This document shows, piece after piece, positions 51,901-61,345 of a stretch of 64,000 bases of DNA. The notes under the pieces were generated by a model. The model searched no databases. It was given only the letters and a program-made list of their open reading frames with translations, and was not told the origin of the DNA. How positions within the stretch are numbered: position 1 is the first letter of the stretch; each line of letters begins with the position of its first letter. The position numbers and the translations under genes were made by a program. Source of the DNA: Pelagomonas calceolata (lineage: Eukaryota); the NCBI GenBank assembly GCA_918797485.1, contig CAKKNE010000006.1, positions 2,170,001 to 2,234,000 on the forward strand, given 5' to 3'.

Positions 51901-52597
51901 CCCGCCGCGCCCCATAATCTAATTCCTTCCAGGCCTGGTCCTCGCACGGCAAGTCGCTCCCGAGGCACGCCCACGATTTCGCATTCTGGTTGTCGTCCGT
52001 GGCGGGGCACGGCCCGGTGCCCGACGAGGCATCGTAGTTTGCGGTGGAGCCGAAGGTCACTTCCTCACACTTCTTGAAGGGCGTTTCCTCGCAGTCATCA
52101 TCAGAAGTGCATCGGTCGCCGTTAAAGACGCCCCCGCAGAACTGGGCCTGTTCGCCTTGGGCCGTCGTGCCTTCCCGATAACAGTCCAATTCATAGGCCC
52201 ACACATCATTAAAGTACAATCCGACATTTATGGGATTTTTGCAGACCTGTTCGCCCGTGTCCGGGTCCGTCGTGCACATCTCCGTTTTTATTGGAGATTT
52301 ATCATAGCTCACGAAGTCGATGGTCCCTGAACTAATCTTGATCTCGTAGGTCTTGGGCACGTGCTGCTTGAAGATCTCGTTCGACCGGCCGCCAAACAAC
52401 ACTATTTTCGTCGTGGCTTTCTCCGTCTCCGTCGCCGGCTTGTGGTGTAATACTAACGAGTGTCCTCTGCGCGCGCCCGGTCCTCTCTCTAACCCCCAGA
52501 GCTCCTTCCACTGCTGCGTCGCGTCGGCCTTGTACTCCCAGCGCTGCCAGGCGTTTGCCGTCGTGGCTACCGCGAGGAGCCTTGCGAGCAGCAGCAT
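48938..52597 (-). CDS. Secreted/surface Kelch-repeat and EGF-like repeat protein
   Basis: Signal MLLLARLLAVATTANA; repeated FGG..DxW Kelch blades; CPNNCNNQGNC..YYGADC EGF-like repeats; hydrophobic C-terminus. Confidence 0.88.
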   Translation of the reverse strand: MLLLARLLAVATTANAWQRWEYKADATQQWKELWGLERGPGARRGHSLVLHHKPATETEKATTKIVLFGGRSNEIFKQHVPKTYEIKISSGTIDFVSYDKSPIKTEMCTTDPDTGEQVCKNPINVGLYFNDVWAYELDCYREGTTAQGEQAQFCGGVFNGDRCTSDDDCEETPFKKCEEVTFGSTANYDASSGTGPCPATDDNQNAKSWACLGSDLPCEDQAWKELDYGARRGGCRYVLGREVCTHPSERWRHGASMFDDSTMLVYGGFSQRCEDYCDDLWAFDVRDNTWMEIYEVGKFAFGDAPGKRWRFSLVSDGQRYPCPKALEEQNQDEIECGRFYIFGGFRLWHGFARDNSEDNRWRSNEELPDGGYMDDLWVYNKRLLNPDEPMPTSSAGLGLWRNYTGKATCVDEPGATWEGRDDQNCEVEWPTARAGHTSALDAKNGGVYVFGGYTTFFPYLSTDGPGSGWGAAAKPNAKGFIPFPDYPYYLNDLWVYNLTTGYWTLLVPLSSDVPAPRTDMSMVLDMGYCRSSVDDDGACFGPMLIVFGGYNGSHHFDDTWLFDTRKTRWLEKRQQVHPLWPPGCTDDDEIIANSSCFLLDYARPVRPDGLVQAQRHDLSDLYDTIHVVVVSKTDMAVDSTKKDSPPLVGTSVAPAQLVGGAAACASEADEGCAGFDWWSLDPNNTKMVHLLNMAVCSHDRMMSCRVDGDCSFHEASSTCIKKSKYIEFSAFPFYGIVDKDGPRPDPQVDKPKFGDPIVKYAATGPNQWVTGPRYWDEDWLKDHFRRRDCGTKQFDDRECSFWSQDLSRDVAFLENYTVSYNKSLPEIKNGKKFRQDFEAYRGVYYRRCTSVYGDATRGGTLGWHPKAPDGLNGRANGSVLIPQKRRRAPGWDGCRDTCFGVHPNEPGLYPGERQKFPDRFECPSNASLILDTGLQYLRPNQRSDHAAILVPHLGRWTTNTRALGEIYMFGGVGYGVEQKQTTDHTFPSVVLDDMWRLGVHDCPNNCNNQGNCSYGFCQCHRGYYGADCSNISCPGDFCYVDQDTNEQVCQHCCQAGYNHTEHDKYQVDVPRVPCTFASHRQDGSFGESNGICDGFGTCQCAPPFINDDCSIRDCDHNCSHRGHCSVEFPVSRCICDPGYYGKHCQYQVCLNNCSYPNGLCNHTTGLCTCEMIYSPYQNWRPYQRWGGEDCSFLWAYCAACRGRPSTWWVLILSIAWLRR

Positions 52598-52882
52598 CTC
52601 TCCTCTATGCTCCTCTGTTGCCCGTCGACGAAGGAGGTCTCGCGGGACGCCTTGTGTCTCTATTGGTAGCGCCTTGGGCGGCTGGTTTTGCGCAGAGCTT
52701 GGGCTGCCCGGCGGGCGCGCGGGGGCGGCGCCGCCGGCGGAACGCGCAGCCGAGCACGCGTCTGGCCGCGGGAGCCCGCGTACGCGTCCTTTACGGCCCA
52801 CAGCGCACCACCAGCGGAATTGCGGGCTAGAGTCTTACGGGCCGCTAGGTCCGCACGGCTGCCCCTCCTCACTGTTTCGACC

Positions 52883-53590
52883 ATGCCCTCCATCAGCCAG
52901 CGCATGGCCCAGAGCGAGGGCCGCCCGATTTCAACAAGACGGCCCTCCTCAACAACGGCGCCCGACGCGCCGCCGACGAGCCGCCAGCCCTTCGTGCCCA
53001 CCACCGACGCCGGCGCCTGGGGCGGCTTCCTCGACGCGCAGGCGCACAAGCCGGGCGGGACGGCGCGGCGCCAGAAGCACGCTCCCCAACCGCCGCCGCC
53101 GCCGCCGCCGCCGCCTCCCTCAAAAAAGTGGGACCGCTACGTCGACGCCGCAAGTGGCAAGCCCTACTGGCACGACGCTCATTCGGGAGAGACGACCTGG
53201 GACGAGCCCGTGACGCCACCGCCGCCGCCGCCGCCGCCAAGAGAGCGCTGGGTCGAGTTGTATGACGACGCGAGCGAGCGCCCGTACTACCACGACCCGG
53301 CCTCCGGTAGCGTTCGATGGGACGAGCCCGAGACGATTGACGAGCACGGGTCGGCGCTCTTCGCTCTCTCAGGCAAGGCCGTGCCGCCGCCTCCATCAGA
53401 AGAGGCGGAGGAGGCGCCGCCCGCGCGGACGCTCCGCCGGCCGTCGAACCCGTGGCAGAAGAAACCGGCCGCGCCGGTGGTCGACTCATCGAGCGAGTCG
53501 GAGGCAGCCGATGATACGGACCTCGCGGCGCGCGTGGCGGCGCTGGAGAAGACGGTCGCGGCGCTCGTGCGGCGCCTGGCGCGTTCTTGA
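52883..53590 (+). CDS. Tandem WW-domain, poly-Pro protein
   Basis: WDRYVDAASGKPYWHDAHSGETTWDEP and WVELYDDASERPYYHDPASGSVRWDEP. Confidence 0.85.
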   Translation: MPSISQRMAQSEGRPISTRRPSSTTAPDAPPTSRQPFVPTTDAGAWGGFLDAQAHKPGGTARRQKHAPQPPPPPPPPPPSKKWDRYVDAASGKPYWHDAHSGETTWDEPVTPPPPPPPPRERWVELYDDASERPYYHDPASGSVRWDEPETIDEHGSALFALSGKAVPPPPSEEAEEAPPARTLRRPSNPWQKKPAAPVVDSSSESEAADDTDLAARVAALEKTVAALVRRLARS

Positions 53591-53875
53591 CCCCCGTGGC
53601 CCCTTCAGCTGAGTAAGTGGGTAGCTGTTACTTGGATTTTGGGAGCGCTAGCACCTTTCAGCTGATGCAACAAAACCCGTACAAGCTGCAGAGCGCCTGT
53701 CCAGGTCTGCAGCCTGTGCTACAGGACAAGCGGAGCAGTAAGAAGTTGCATTCGTTCAGGTCATCATACGTGCGCATTCGTTCCGTTTGAGTTAGGCGCC
53801 TGTTAGCTGTATAATCGATCGTGCACACCGGAGAGCACTCTCCCAAACGCCATCCGTGCGACATTGCGAGAACGC

Positions 53876-54670
53876 ATGGCTCGACACGTCGTCGCCGCGG
53901 CCCTCTGCTTCGCCGCTGCATGGGCATTGCTGCATAACCAACGCACACGCAACCTACCACTGGCCATCGCCGCGAAAAAGACGGTCTGGACCTTCGACGA
54001 GGCGCGCGACTACGCGCGGTCTTTCGGCTTCGGCTCCAAGGACGAGTACGTCGAGTACCGCTGCCCCGGCGCGTATGCGCTACCTCGAAACCCGGTCGAG
54101 GCGTTTGGTGAGCGCTGGACGTCATGGGAGGACTACCTCGGGCTTCGTACAGGTGTCGATGATGCGGAAGTCGTGACGCGGCCGGGCTTCGAGCAGGTGC
54201 TGTTCGTCGAGATGGGCTGGGGCGCCGACCAGCACGGCCAGAACGCGACCAAGGCGTGCGTCCGCGCGGCTCGGAATGCTATCGAGTTTAACAGCATCCC
54301 GTCGATCCGCGCGGAGCCGGCGTCCTCGACTCGTCGACGCCGTCGCGCGCGTCGCGTCGATAGCGTCGGGGGGGGGGGACGCCGTCGCCGCGTGTTGCGT
54401 CGACGGCGCCACACTGACCATGCGAACGCAGGCGCGCTCGTGCCCAATGGCTACGAGGGCATGAAGCTGGCCGTGGACCTCGCCGTGCCGGAGGCGTACC
54501 ACGAACATATCGACGTCGACGCCGTCGGGGCGGTCTTCCCCTACGGCGCCGTCTCAATACGACTGCAGCCCGGCGGCGCGGAGTTCTCCTCGGGCATCGC
54601 GATCCCGGCCATGGGTGATAAAGGAGACGCGCTCGTCGTCGCGCTGTGCTGCGTGACCGTGGGCTACTGA
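53876..54670 (+). CDS. Lin0512-family domain protein with N-terminal integrase-repeat-like unit; in-frame intron 54309-54431
   Basis: FDEARDYAR..LPRNP..WTSWEDYLG; FVEMGWGADQHGQNATKACVRAARNAIEFNSIP..VFPYG..VTVGY. Confidence 0.8.
   Translation: MARHVVAAALCFAAAWALLHNQRTRNLPLAIAAKKTVWTFDEARDYARSFGFGSKDEYVEYRCPGAYALPRNPVEAFGERWTSWEDYLGLRTGVDDAEVVTRPGFEQVLFVEMGWGADQHGQNATKACVRAARNAIEFNSIPSIRAEPASSTRRRRRARRVDSVGGGGRRRRVLRRRRHTDHANAGALVPNGYEGMKLAVDLAVPEAYHEHIDVDAVGAVFPYGAVSIRLQPGGAEFSSGIAIPAMGDKGDALVVALCCVTVGY
54309..54431 (+). mobile_element. Decayed introner-family in-frame intron (GC-AG, 123 nt)
   Basis: GCGCGGAG vs GCGCGCTC (5/8); CCGGCGTCCT..GAACGCAG; contains GTCGCGTCGATAGCGT (family core, reverse orientation). 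Confidence 0.75.
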
Positions 54671-54826
54671 TGTCGCCTCGCCATTGGCTGCGGCGGTCGC
54701 GCTCGCACCACGAAAGGAGGCAAGATGGATCCGTCGCCCTCGACGCCATCGCCGTAATCTGTGTATGTCTGTCCCCGAACACGTGATAGAAAGAACACAT
54801 CCCTACGCGCCCCCTACGACGAAGCC

Positions 54827-55339
54827 CTAGCCGAGGACGATGCCCTCGTACTTCTGCTGGAACCACTGGACCGCCTGGTCCTTGGTGATGCGGTGCTTGA
54901 CGCCGACGCGCGCCTGGCGCGCCTTCCGCCGCGCGACGCGGAAGCCCGGCCGCTCCAGGCACACGTAGAAGTCCATGCCGTAGATGCCGGTCGTCGGGTC
55001 GTACTTGATGCCGAGGTCGATGTGCTCCGTCACGCCGAAGCCGAAGTTGCCCGTCGCGCTGAAGTTCTTGCGCTGGAGCTCGTACTCCTTCACCTTCAAA
55101 CCGCGCTCGAGAATCTCCGTCGCCTTCTCGCCGCGGACCGTCACGTGGACGGCGATCTTCTCGTTTCTTCGGATGGAGAAGCCGCGGCACGTGTACCGCG
55201 CCTTCGAGTAGACCGGCTCCTGGCCCGTGAGCTGCTCGAGCACGCGCGCCGCGCGCGTCAGTCGATCGCCCGACTCGCCCACACAACAATTGAGGATCAG
55301 CTTCGAGACCTTGATCTCGCGCATCTTGTTCTCCGCCAT
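54827..55339 (-). CDS. RPL11: 60S ribosomal protein L11 (uL5)
   Basis: [46 protein letters not shown]. Confidence 0.99.
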   Translation of the reverse strand: MAENKMREIKVSKLILNCCVGESGDRLTRAARVLEQLTGQEPVYSKARYTCRGFSIRRNEKIAVHVTVRGEKATEILERGLKVKEYELQRKNFSATGNFGFGVTEHIDLGIKYDPTTGIYGMDFYVCLERPGFRVARRKARQARVGVKHRITKDQAVQWFQQKYEGIVLG

Positions 55340-55990
55340 GGTTAAGGCTGGAGTCGCGACCTGTGCGTGCGTTGGTCTCGTCGTCGCTCTGTGTGTGTCT
55401 CTCTCTCTCTCGCGGGTCCGGCGGGCGGCGTTCGAGCGCCAGCAGGGCGATCCGGAGCGACCGGCGGCCGCAGCGGTGGCGTAGTAAGCGGTGGCTTGCC
55501 TCGGCGGCGCAGCGGGCGGCCAGCGGCTGCAGCAGGGCTATGCAAAATGCTGCTTGGCTGAAGTGCCTCTGTGCCCGCTCGCTGATGCCGCACGCTATAG
55601 CAGCGCTTGCCAGACCGTCTCAATCACTTCTCGGTTGCTGCACGCGTCCCGGATTTTGCAGACTCCGTCGCTAACCTCGTTTACACGGCGTCGCTTTTAC
55701 GGCTCGAGATGGCGATGCGCCGCAGGCGTCTTACAAAAAGCGACTCGAGAGGCCTCCAGGCGCACTCGGAGCTGTCGCAGGAGTCGCCTCAAGCATTCTG
55801 ACGCGTAGCAGGCTAGCGGCGTGAGACACTAGCAAGGCAGGCAAGCCGAGTCGAGGAGCTGATCGCAGCAACGCGGTCCGCTCCGGACAACTTGAGCCAG
55901 GATAAACTAGCACGACTGCTTTAGAGCCGGTTGCAGCGGTTCTGAGCCGGCTGCAGCGAGCGGCTGTGCTCAAAAGCGTCGTGCACATTA

Positions 55991-56332
55991 ATGCCGGCTC
56001 GCACCACGAACGCCGCGCTGCAGCAAAAACTCAACGAGTTGTCCGCCTTCGCAGCCAAAAACGAACGGAAGGCATTTGTCGAGGCCTTCGTGCCCCTGGA
56101 CTGCTCTCCCGAGGACCAGTCAAACTACCTGTCGGTTTTGACAGGAGACGACGCCGAGTGGGCCGCGCTCTCCTCTGAAATTCAGGCCATCGCCGCCGGC
56201 GCGACCGTCGAGAAGATCGAGGGCGACCAGACTACAAAGGCGGTCTTCTTCTTCCCGCACCCTTTTCTCGAGCGGTGCGACCGGGAGGTGGTCTTCGTGT
56301 GCGTTGACGGCGAGTGGCGCGCGGAGGGCTAA
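55991..56332 (+). CDS. Hypothetical 113-aa globular protein
   Basis: ATG ORF with complex sequence, ends DGEWRAEG. Confidence 0.65.
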   Translation: MPARTTNAALQQKLNELSAFAAKNERKAFVEAFVPLDCSPEDQSNYLSVLTGDDAEWAALSSEIQAIAAGATVEKIEGDQTTKAVFFFPHPFLERCDREVVFVCVDGEWRAEG

Positions 56333-56727
56333 TGGATCCGCAAACGACTGGTGGCGAGCGGTCGTCACGGGAGCGACGCGACAGGAGCCGCAGCCGGGGA
56401 AGTAGCTCCAGGCGGCGCCGACGCGGCCGCAGCAGGAGTAGGAGCCGCAGTCACGACCGCAGGAGACGTCGCAGCCGCGACCGCAGCCGCAGCCGTCGTG
56501 AACGGCGTCGCGACGACGACGACTACCGGCGGCGCGATCGCGACCGACGCCACGACGACGACACGCCGCGCCCGCGACGGGAAGACCGGCGCCCGCAGCG
56601 CCTCCGCCCCAACGCCAGCTCGTTTGGCGCGTTCCTCAAGGGAGTCGTCAGAGAGCGAGAACGTGCTGATGACGAGCTCCGCCGCGCGGCCGACAAGCAG
56701 TTGGCCCGGATCGAGTTCGGCGAGTAA
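56332..56727 (+). CDS. Small RS/RD-rich protein
   Basis: MDPQ..RSRSRSRS..FGAFLKGVVRERE; its ATG overlaps the upstream TAA. Confidence 0.55.
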   Translation: MDPQTTGGERSSRERRDRSRSRGSSSRRRRRGRSRSRSRSHDRRRRRSRDRSRSRRERRRDDDDYRRRDRDRRHDDDTPRPRREDRRPQRLRPNASSFGAFLKGVVRERERADDELRRAADKQLARIEFGE

Positions 56728-56753
56728 TTCAATTTGTTGTCTACACCGGCCCC

Positions 56754-58121
56754 CTACAAGTGCCCCCCCAGCGATGGCGGCGCGGGTGCCGGCGCCTCGG
56801 TCGCAGCAGGCGCCGGCGCCTCACTAACGGCAGGCGCAGGCGCCTCGACGGGCGCCGGTGCCGGCGCCGGCGCCCCGAGCGGCGCAGAAACGGGCGCCTC
56901 GGCGAGCCGCTTGACGGGGCTCCGCACGACGCCCGGCGCCTCGGCTTCCGAGGGGCAGGGCGACGCCAGCGGCTCGTCGGCGAAGGGCGGGTCCTCCAAG
57001 CTCCGCGAGGACGACGACGACGACGACGAGGACGAGGACGACGACGGCGGCGTCGGGGGCGGCGGCCGCGCGGCGAGCTCCTCCGCCGCGGTCACATGTC
57101 GCGACGCGATCTGCACGTCTTTCAGAGCCTCGGCGACGGCCTGGCGTTCTTCCCGAGGATCCGTGCCGGCGTCGCCGACGTCGATTCGCTGGATACCACT
57201 TAACAAAGAAGTGAGCTCGGGCACGCTCGGGTCCTTCCTCGATGCGATCTTCTCGGGAATGCGGATCGAGGCCGTCGACGGCCTTCCGTCGCCTTGGTGT
57301 TGTTTTTCGTACGCTTGGACCTCCCGCAACAATCGGTTGACCTCCTTGTCCCGCTTATCCAATAAAGCTTCTCTCTCATCCAATTCCTGCTGCCTCTGGA
57401 CGGCCTTTTCTCTTTCCTTCGCAACTAGAGCTTCCACCTCCTTCACAGAAAGCGCCATCCTTCGTTGCACCTCGAAGTCCCTCTGCACGAGTCGGTCCTC
57501 CAACGCCTGGACCCGCTCCCTAGCTTCCTGCTCTTTCCGCTGTAACGTCGCCTCCATGTTTTGTTCTTCATGCTCCCAGTCCCGCTTCTGTTGCTCTAGA
57601 CCCCGTAAACAAGCCGCGACCTCGGCGTGCTGGGCGTCCAAAATGCCCTGGCCCTTGCCGAAGGAACACTTCGACGCGATCGTCACCTCGAGGTGCTTCG
57701 CGACGCCCTTGACCGACCCTTCGAGGGCCCGTTCCCGCGCGGCCACTTTGACCTCCTTGAGCCGCAACCGCGCCTCATCATCACGGAAAGACATGATCTT
57801 CTGCGACGCTTTTTCTTCCCTTTCAACAGCGCGACTTTCGGTGGCGGCCTCGCGCGCCTCCGCCGCCGCGATGCTGCTTCTAGCTCTTAACAAAACTTCG
57901 GCGTCGAGGCCCTCGATCTTCGCCCTCATGTCCGCCTCGAGCTTCTCGAGCTCGGCCTCCCGCCTGGCGAAGTCGTCCTCCTGCTCCTGCACCCAGGCCG
58001 CCTTGTCCGCCACTTCTTGGTCATGGCGCCGTCGTGCCTCGGCCTCGGCCTGCTCCTGGGCCAGGCGCGCGGCGACGACCTCGGGGTCCTCCTTCTTGCC
58101 CTTCTTGCCCTTCTTGGGCAT
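56754..58121 (-). CDS. Coiled-coil protein with Pro/Ala-rich tail
   Basis: MPKKGKKGKK start; long E/R/A helical region. Confidence 0.75.
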   Translation of the reverse strand: MPKKGKKGKKEDPEVVAARLAQEQAEAEARRRHDQEVADKAAWVQEQEDDFARREAELEKLEADMRAKIEGLDAEVLLRARSSIAAAEAREAATESRAVEREEKASQKIMSFRDDEARLRLKEVKVAARERALEGSVKGVAKHLEVTIASKCSFGKGQGILDAQHAEVAACLRGLEQQKRDWEHEEQNMEATLQRKEQEARERVQALEDRLVQRDFEVQRRMALSVKEVEALVAKEREKAVQRQQELDEREALLDKRDKEVNRLLREVQAYEKQHQGDGRPSTASIRIPEKIASRKDPSVPELTSLLSGIQRIDVGDAGTDPREERQAVAEALKDVQIASRHVTAAEELAARPPPPTPPSSSSSSSSSSSSSRSLEDPPFADEPLASPCPSEAEAPGVVRSPVKRLAEAPVSAPLGAPAPAPAPVEAPAPAVSEAPAPAATEAPAPAPPSLGGHL

Positions 58122-58369
58122 GGTCGTGCGGTCGTGAGTTTATGCGGGCTGCCTCGTTGGCGTTTGGCGCCGTCGATGCGATTGGCAGCACGCAACGCCG
58201 TCAACGACACACAGCGCTGTGCCGCCAGCTTCCGACCCGGCCTGGGGACGGGTGGGAGGCCCTCCCGAGGCCTCGCTGGCCCCGGGGCGCGGGGGGGGCG
58301 TCTTTTCTCGTGGCGTGCGGGTTCGGGGCCTCGAGCCGATCAAAACGAAGGAGACACAAGGCGATACAC

Positions 58370-61345
58370 TTAGACGAGGTCCCCACCTTTCGGCGTCCCA
58401 AGGAAGGACTCCCGCTCCTCGTCGCACGGCGCGTCGCGCCCGAACCACCTCCTACACCGCCGCTCGCCCGTCTTCTGAGAGAGGTCAGGCGGCGCATAGA
58501 GCCGCAAAGCCAAGGAAGACAGCACGACACTAACCGAAGAGAAGACCATGCAGGCCGCCGCCGCGGCCGGCGGCAGTCTTTGACGTGTTGCGGGATAGAA
58601 CGCCCCCGCCGCCGCCGGGACCAAGACCAGGTTGTAGCACGTCGCCCAGGCGAAGTTCAGGCGGATGCGGTTGTATGTATGTCTAGCCAAATCTAAGGCC
58701 GTCGATACACCTCGCAAGTCGTCGCCAACTAAAACCACGTCCGCGGCCTCGACCGCGACGCCGCTCCCGGCACCCAACGCCACTCCCACATCGGCTTGAG
58801 CTAACGCAGGAGCGTCATTGACACCATCACCGACAAAGACCACCAAACCGTCGTTCTGGAGTTCCGTGATCAAATCGCGCTTATCTCGCGGTAATTGCCC
58901 TGCTCTAACGCGGTTGCGCGACAGGCCCACTTGTAGAGCGACGGCGTCCGCCGTTTGCGAGGAATCGCCCGTGCACATCCACACGTCTATACTCTGACGG
59001 TGGAGCCACGCTATCACTAAAGACGCTTCGGGTCGCGGCGCGTCCGCGATAGCTATGGACCCGGCGAAGCGCCGATCGAACGCGACGTGGACCACCGTGG
59101 CAGCTTCTTGGCGCCATCTCTGGGTCGTTTCATCCTCAACCACGTCCACGCCCAGCTCCCGCAAGAACCGCGACGAGCCCACCGCCACACTCGCCCCGAG
59201 GTCGCCCACATTGGCCTGCGCGCCTAGTCCCTCAACATCCTTCGCGTCGTCTACTCGCAATAACTTCAGTCCTCTTTGTTGCGCCGCTCTCCGCAACGCG
59301 CCAGCTAAAGGGTGCGACGAGTGCTGCTCGCATGAGGCCGCCGCTCGTATCAAATCATCTTCGGTCATCTTGTACGCTTGACAACCGACGACGCGGGGCT
59401 TACCTTGCGTAAGTGTCCCGGTCTTGTCAAACACCACGACCTTGCACGCCGCCGCGTGTTCCAGGGCCGCGCCGCCCTTCGCTAAAACACCTAGATTGGC
59501 ACCGACGCCGGTGCCGACCATGACCGCCGTCGGCGTCGCCAAACCCAACGCACAGGGGCACGCCACGACGACGACAGAAACCCCAAACAACAAAGCAAAC
59601 AGAAACGTGTCGCGCTCGTCGAGCCAGCTCTCCGGGACGTTACCTGTCTCTGCGGCGATGTACCATGCCATAAACGTTGTAAGACCCAGAAACACAACAC
59701 AGGGCGCGAAGACCGACGCGATGCGGTCCGCAAAATTTTGTATGGGCGCCTTGTCCAGTTGGGCGTCTTCGACTAAACGAGCGATCTGCGCGACGCACGC
59801 GTCGCCGCCGACGGCCTCGATTCTGATATAGCAGCTCCTCCCCATGTTCTTTGACGACGCAAAAACTTTGGCGCCGCGCGGCCGTTTCGCGGGTTTGGAC
59901 TCTCCGGTCAGCGCCGACTCGTCTAATCTCGCTGAGCCACCGCCCTCGACGAGAATAACAACCCCATCCGCGGGCACGGCTTCTCCTTGTGATACTCTAG
60001 CAACATCACCAACTTCGCAGGCGTCCGCATCGACGTCGCCCGCGACGCACTGAGCTGCCAGCGATCGGAAGTCCCGCTCTAAGGCTGAAGCGTCCTCATT
60101 GACATCGAGCCTTGATAATTTAGTAGCGACGTCCCGCAACTCCGACGAAGGTAACAGAGTAGCGGAGGCCGGCCGTAAAGCCAGCAGCGCCTCGACGGCG
60201 TCGCCGGTGCGCTGCTTCGCCCTGCTTTCCAGGAACTTTCCCAGCGTCACGAATAATAAGAGCATGGCCGCCGTGTCGAACAGTAAGTGCTGGTGGTTCG
60301 CGTCGTACACACAGCAGTCTATGAGTGAATAGAAGGAGTACGTGACGACCGTGGACGTAGCTACAACTATCAGAGAATCCATACCCCAAGAACAACTCCG
60401 GAATTGCGTGTAGGCGTTCCGGTAGAAGCGCCCGCCCACAAAGATCTGGACACTTAACCCGCAGACACTTGCGACTAAGGCCTCGATCGTGAACATCCCG
60501 TGGCACCCTATACCTGTATGCCAAAATTCCTGTCCGGGACCGATCATCCCACCCCACTTCGCCACGAAGATCGGGATCGAGAGGAGGAGTGCTACTTTCA
60601 AGCTGCGCCACCAGCCTGCCACTTCCCGTTGCGACGCTGCGGCGGGCGACTCGTCCCGCGTCGCGAGTGAACAGCGGAAGCCGCATTTCTTAACAGCGGC
60701 GACGCAGTCCGCGCGGTCTCCTTCTTGACTAAGAACGACTCGTGCTCTATGAGTAGCCACAGACACATCCGCTCGTAACACGCCCGGCACTTCAGATAAA
60801 GCGCGCTCGACTTTCGAAGAGCAAGCAGCACAGGACATGCCCTCCACTTTCAAAAGTAGGGCGCCGTCATTCGTCACGTCGACGGCCTCGCACGCGTAGC
60901 CTTCCGCGGTCACGGCCCGCTCGACGTCTCTCGCGTTACAATCTGAGGAAGCGAGCAGCCGCCCGGCGTTGACGTTCACTTTCGCTGAACCACAGCCCGC
61001 CTTGAGCGCGGCCTGCTCGACGCGCCGCGCGTCTGTCAAAGTGCGCATGCCGTTCACCCGGAACTCCCGCGAACTTTTCAGGGATACGGTAGAGGGCGGC
61101 GCCGGTTTTGTCTGACTAACCTCGGCGCCAAATCCCACACATTCCACCGCATCAATTAGTAAAGCCACGTCCACCTCGCCCCAGACGCTCGCGTTGTGGT
61201 CCGCGAAGGACGCCTCCGCTCGACTGACGCCGGGTACGTTGCGCAGCGCGTTCGCTACCGTACTACCGCAGGACTGCTGGCACATCATGCCCTCTATGGT
61301 CAAGACGTGGGTCGGCGGGGTCGAGGCGGGGGTCATCTCCAGCAT
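58370..61345 (-). CDS. P1B-type copper-transporting ATPase
   Basis: HMA motifs GMMCQQSC and GMSCAAC, TGES, CPCALGLATP, DKTGT, HP, GDGVNDAP, YN. Confidence 0.96.
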   Translation of the reverse strand: MLEMTPASTPPTHVLTIEGMMCQQSCGSTVANALRNVPGVSRAEASFADHNASVWGEVDVALLIDAVECVGFGAEVSQTKPAPPSTVSLKSSREFRVNGMRTLTDARRVEQAALKAGCGSAKVNVNAGRLLASSDCNARDVERAVTAEGYACEAVDVTNDGALLLKVEGMSCAACSSKVERALSEVPGVLRADVSVATHRARVVLSQEGDRADCVAAVKKCGFRCSLATRDESPAAASQREVAGWWRSLKVALLLSIPIFVAKWGGMIGPGQEFWHTGIGCHGMFTIEALVASVCGLSVQIFVGGRFYRNAYTQFRSCSWGMDSLIVVATSTVVTYSFYSLIDCCVYDANHQHLLFDTAAMLLLFVTLGKFLESRAKQRTGDAVEALLALRPASATLLPSSELRDVATKLSRLDVNEDASALERDFRSLAAQCVAGDVDADACEVGDVARVSQGEAVPADGVVILVEGGGSARLDESALTGESKPAKRPRGAKVFASSKNMGRSCYIRIEAVGGDACVAQIARLVEDAQLDKAPIQNFADRIASVFAPCVVFLGLTTFMAWYIAAETGNVPESWLDERDTFLFALLFGVSVVVVACPCALGLATPTAVMVGTGVGANLGVLAKGGAALEHAAACKVVVFDKTGTLTQGKPRVVGCQAYKMTEDDLIRAAASCEQHSSHPLAGALRRAAQQRGLKLLRVDDAKDVEGLGAQANVGDLGASVAVGSSRFLRELGVDVVEDETTQRWRQEAATVVHVAFDRRFAGSIAIADAPRPEASLVIAWLHRQSIDVWMCTGDSSQTADAVALQVGLSRNRVRAGQLPRDKRDLITELQNDGLVVFVGDGVNDAPALAQADVGVALGAGSGVAVEAADVVLVGDDLRGVSTALDLARHTYNRIRLNFAWATCYNLVLVPAAAGAFYPATRQRLPPAAAAACMVFSSVSVVLSSLALRLYAPPDLSQKTGERRCRRWFGRDAPCDEERESFLGTPKGGDLV

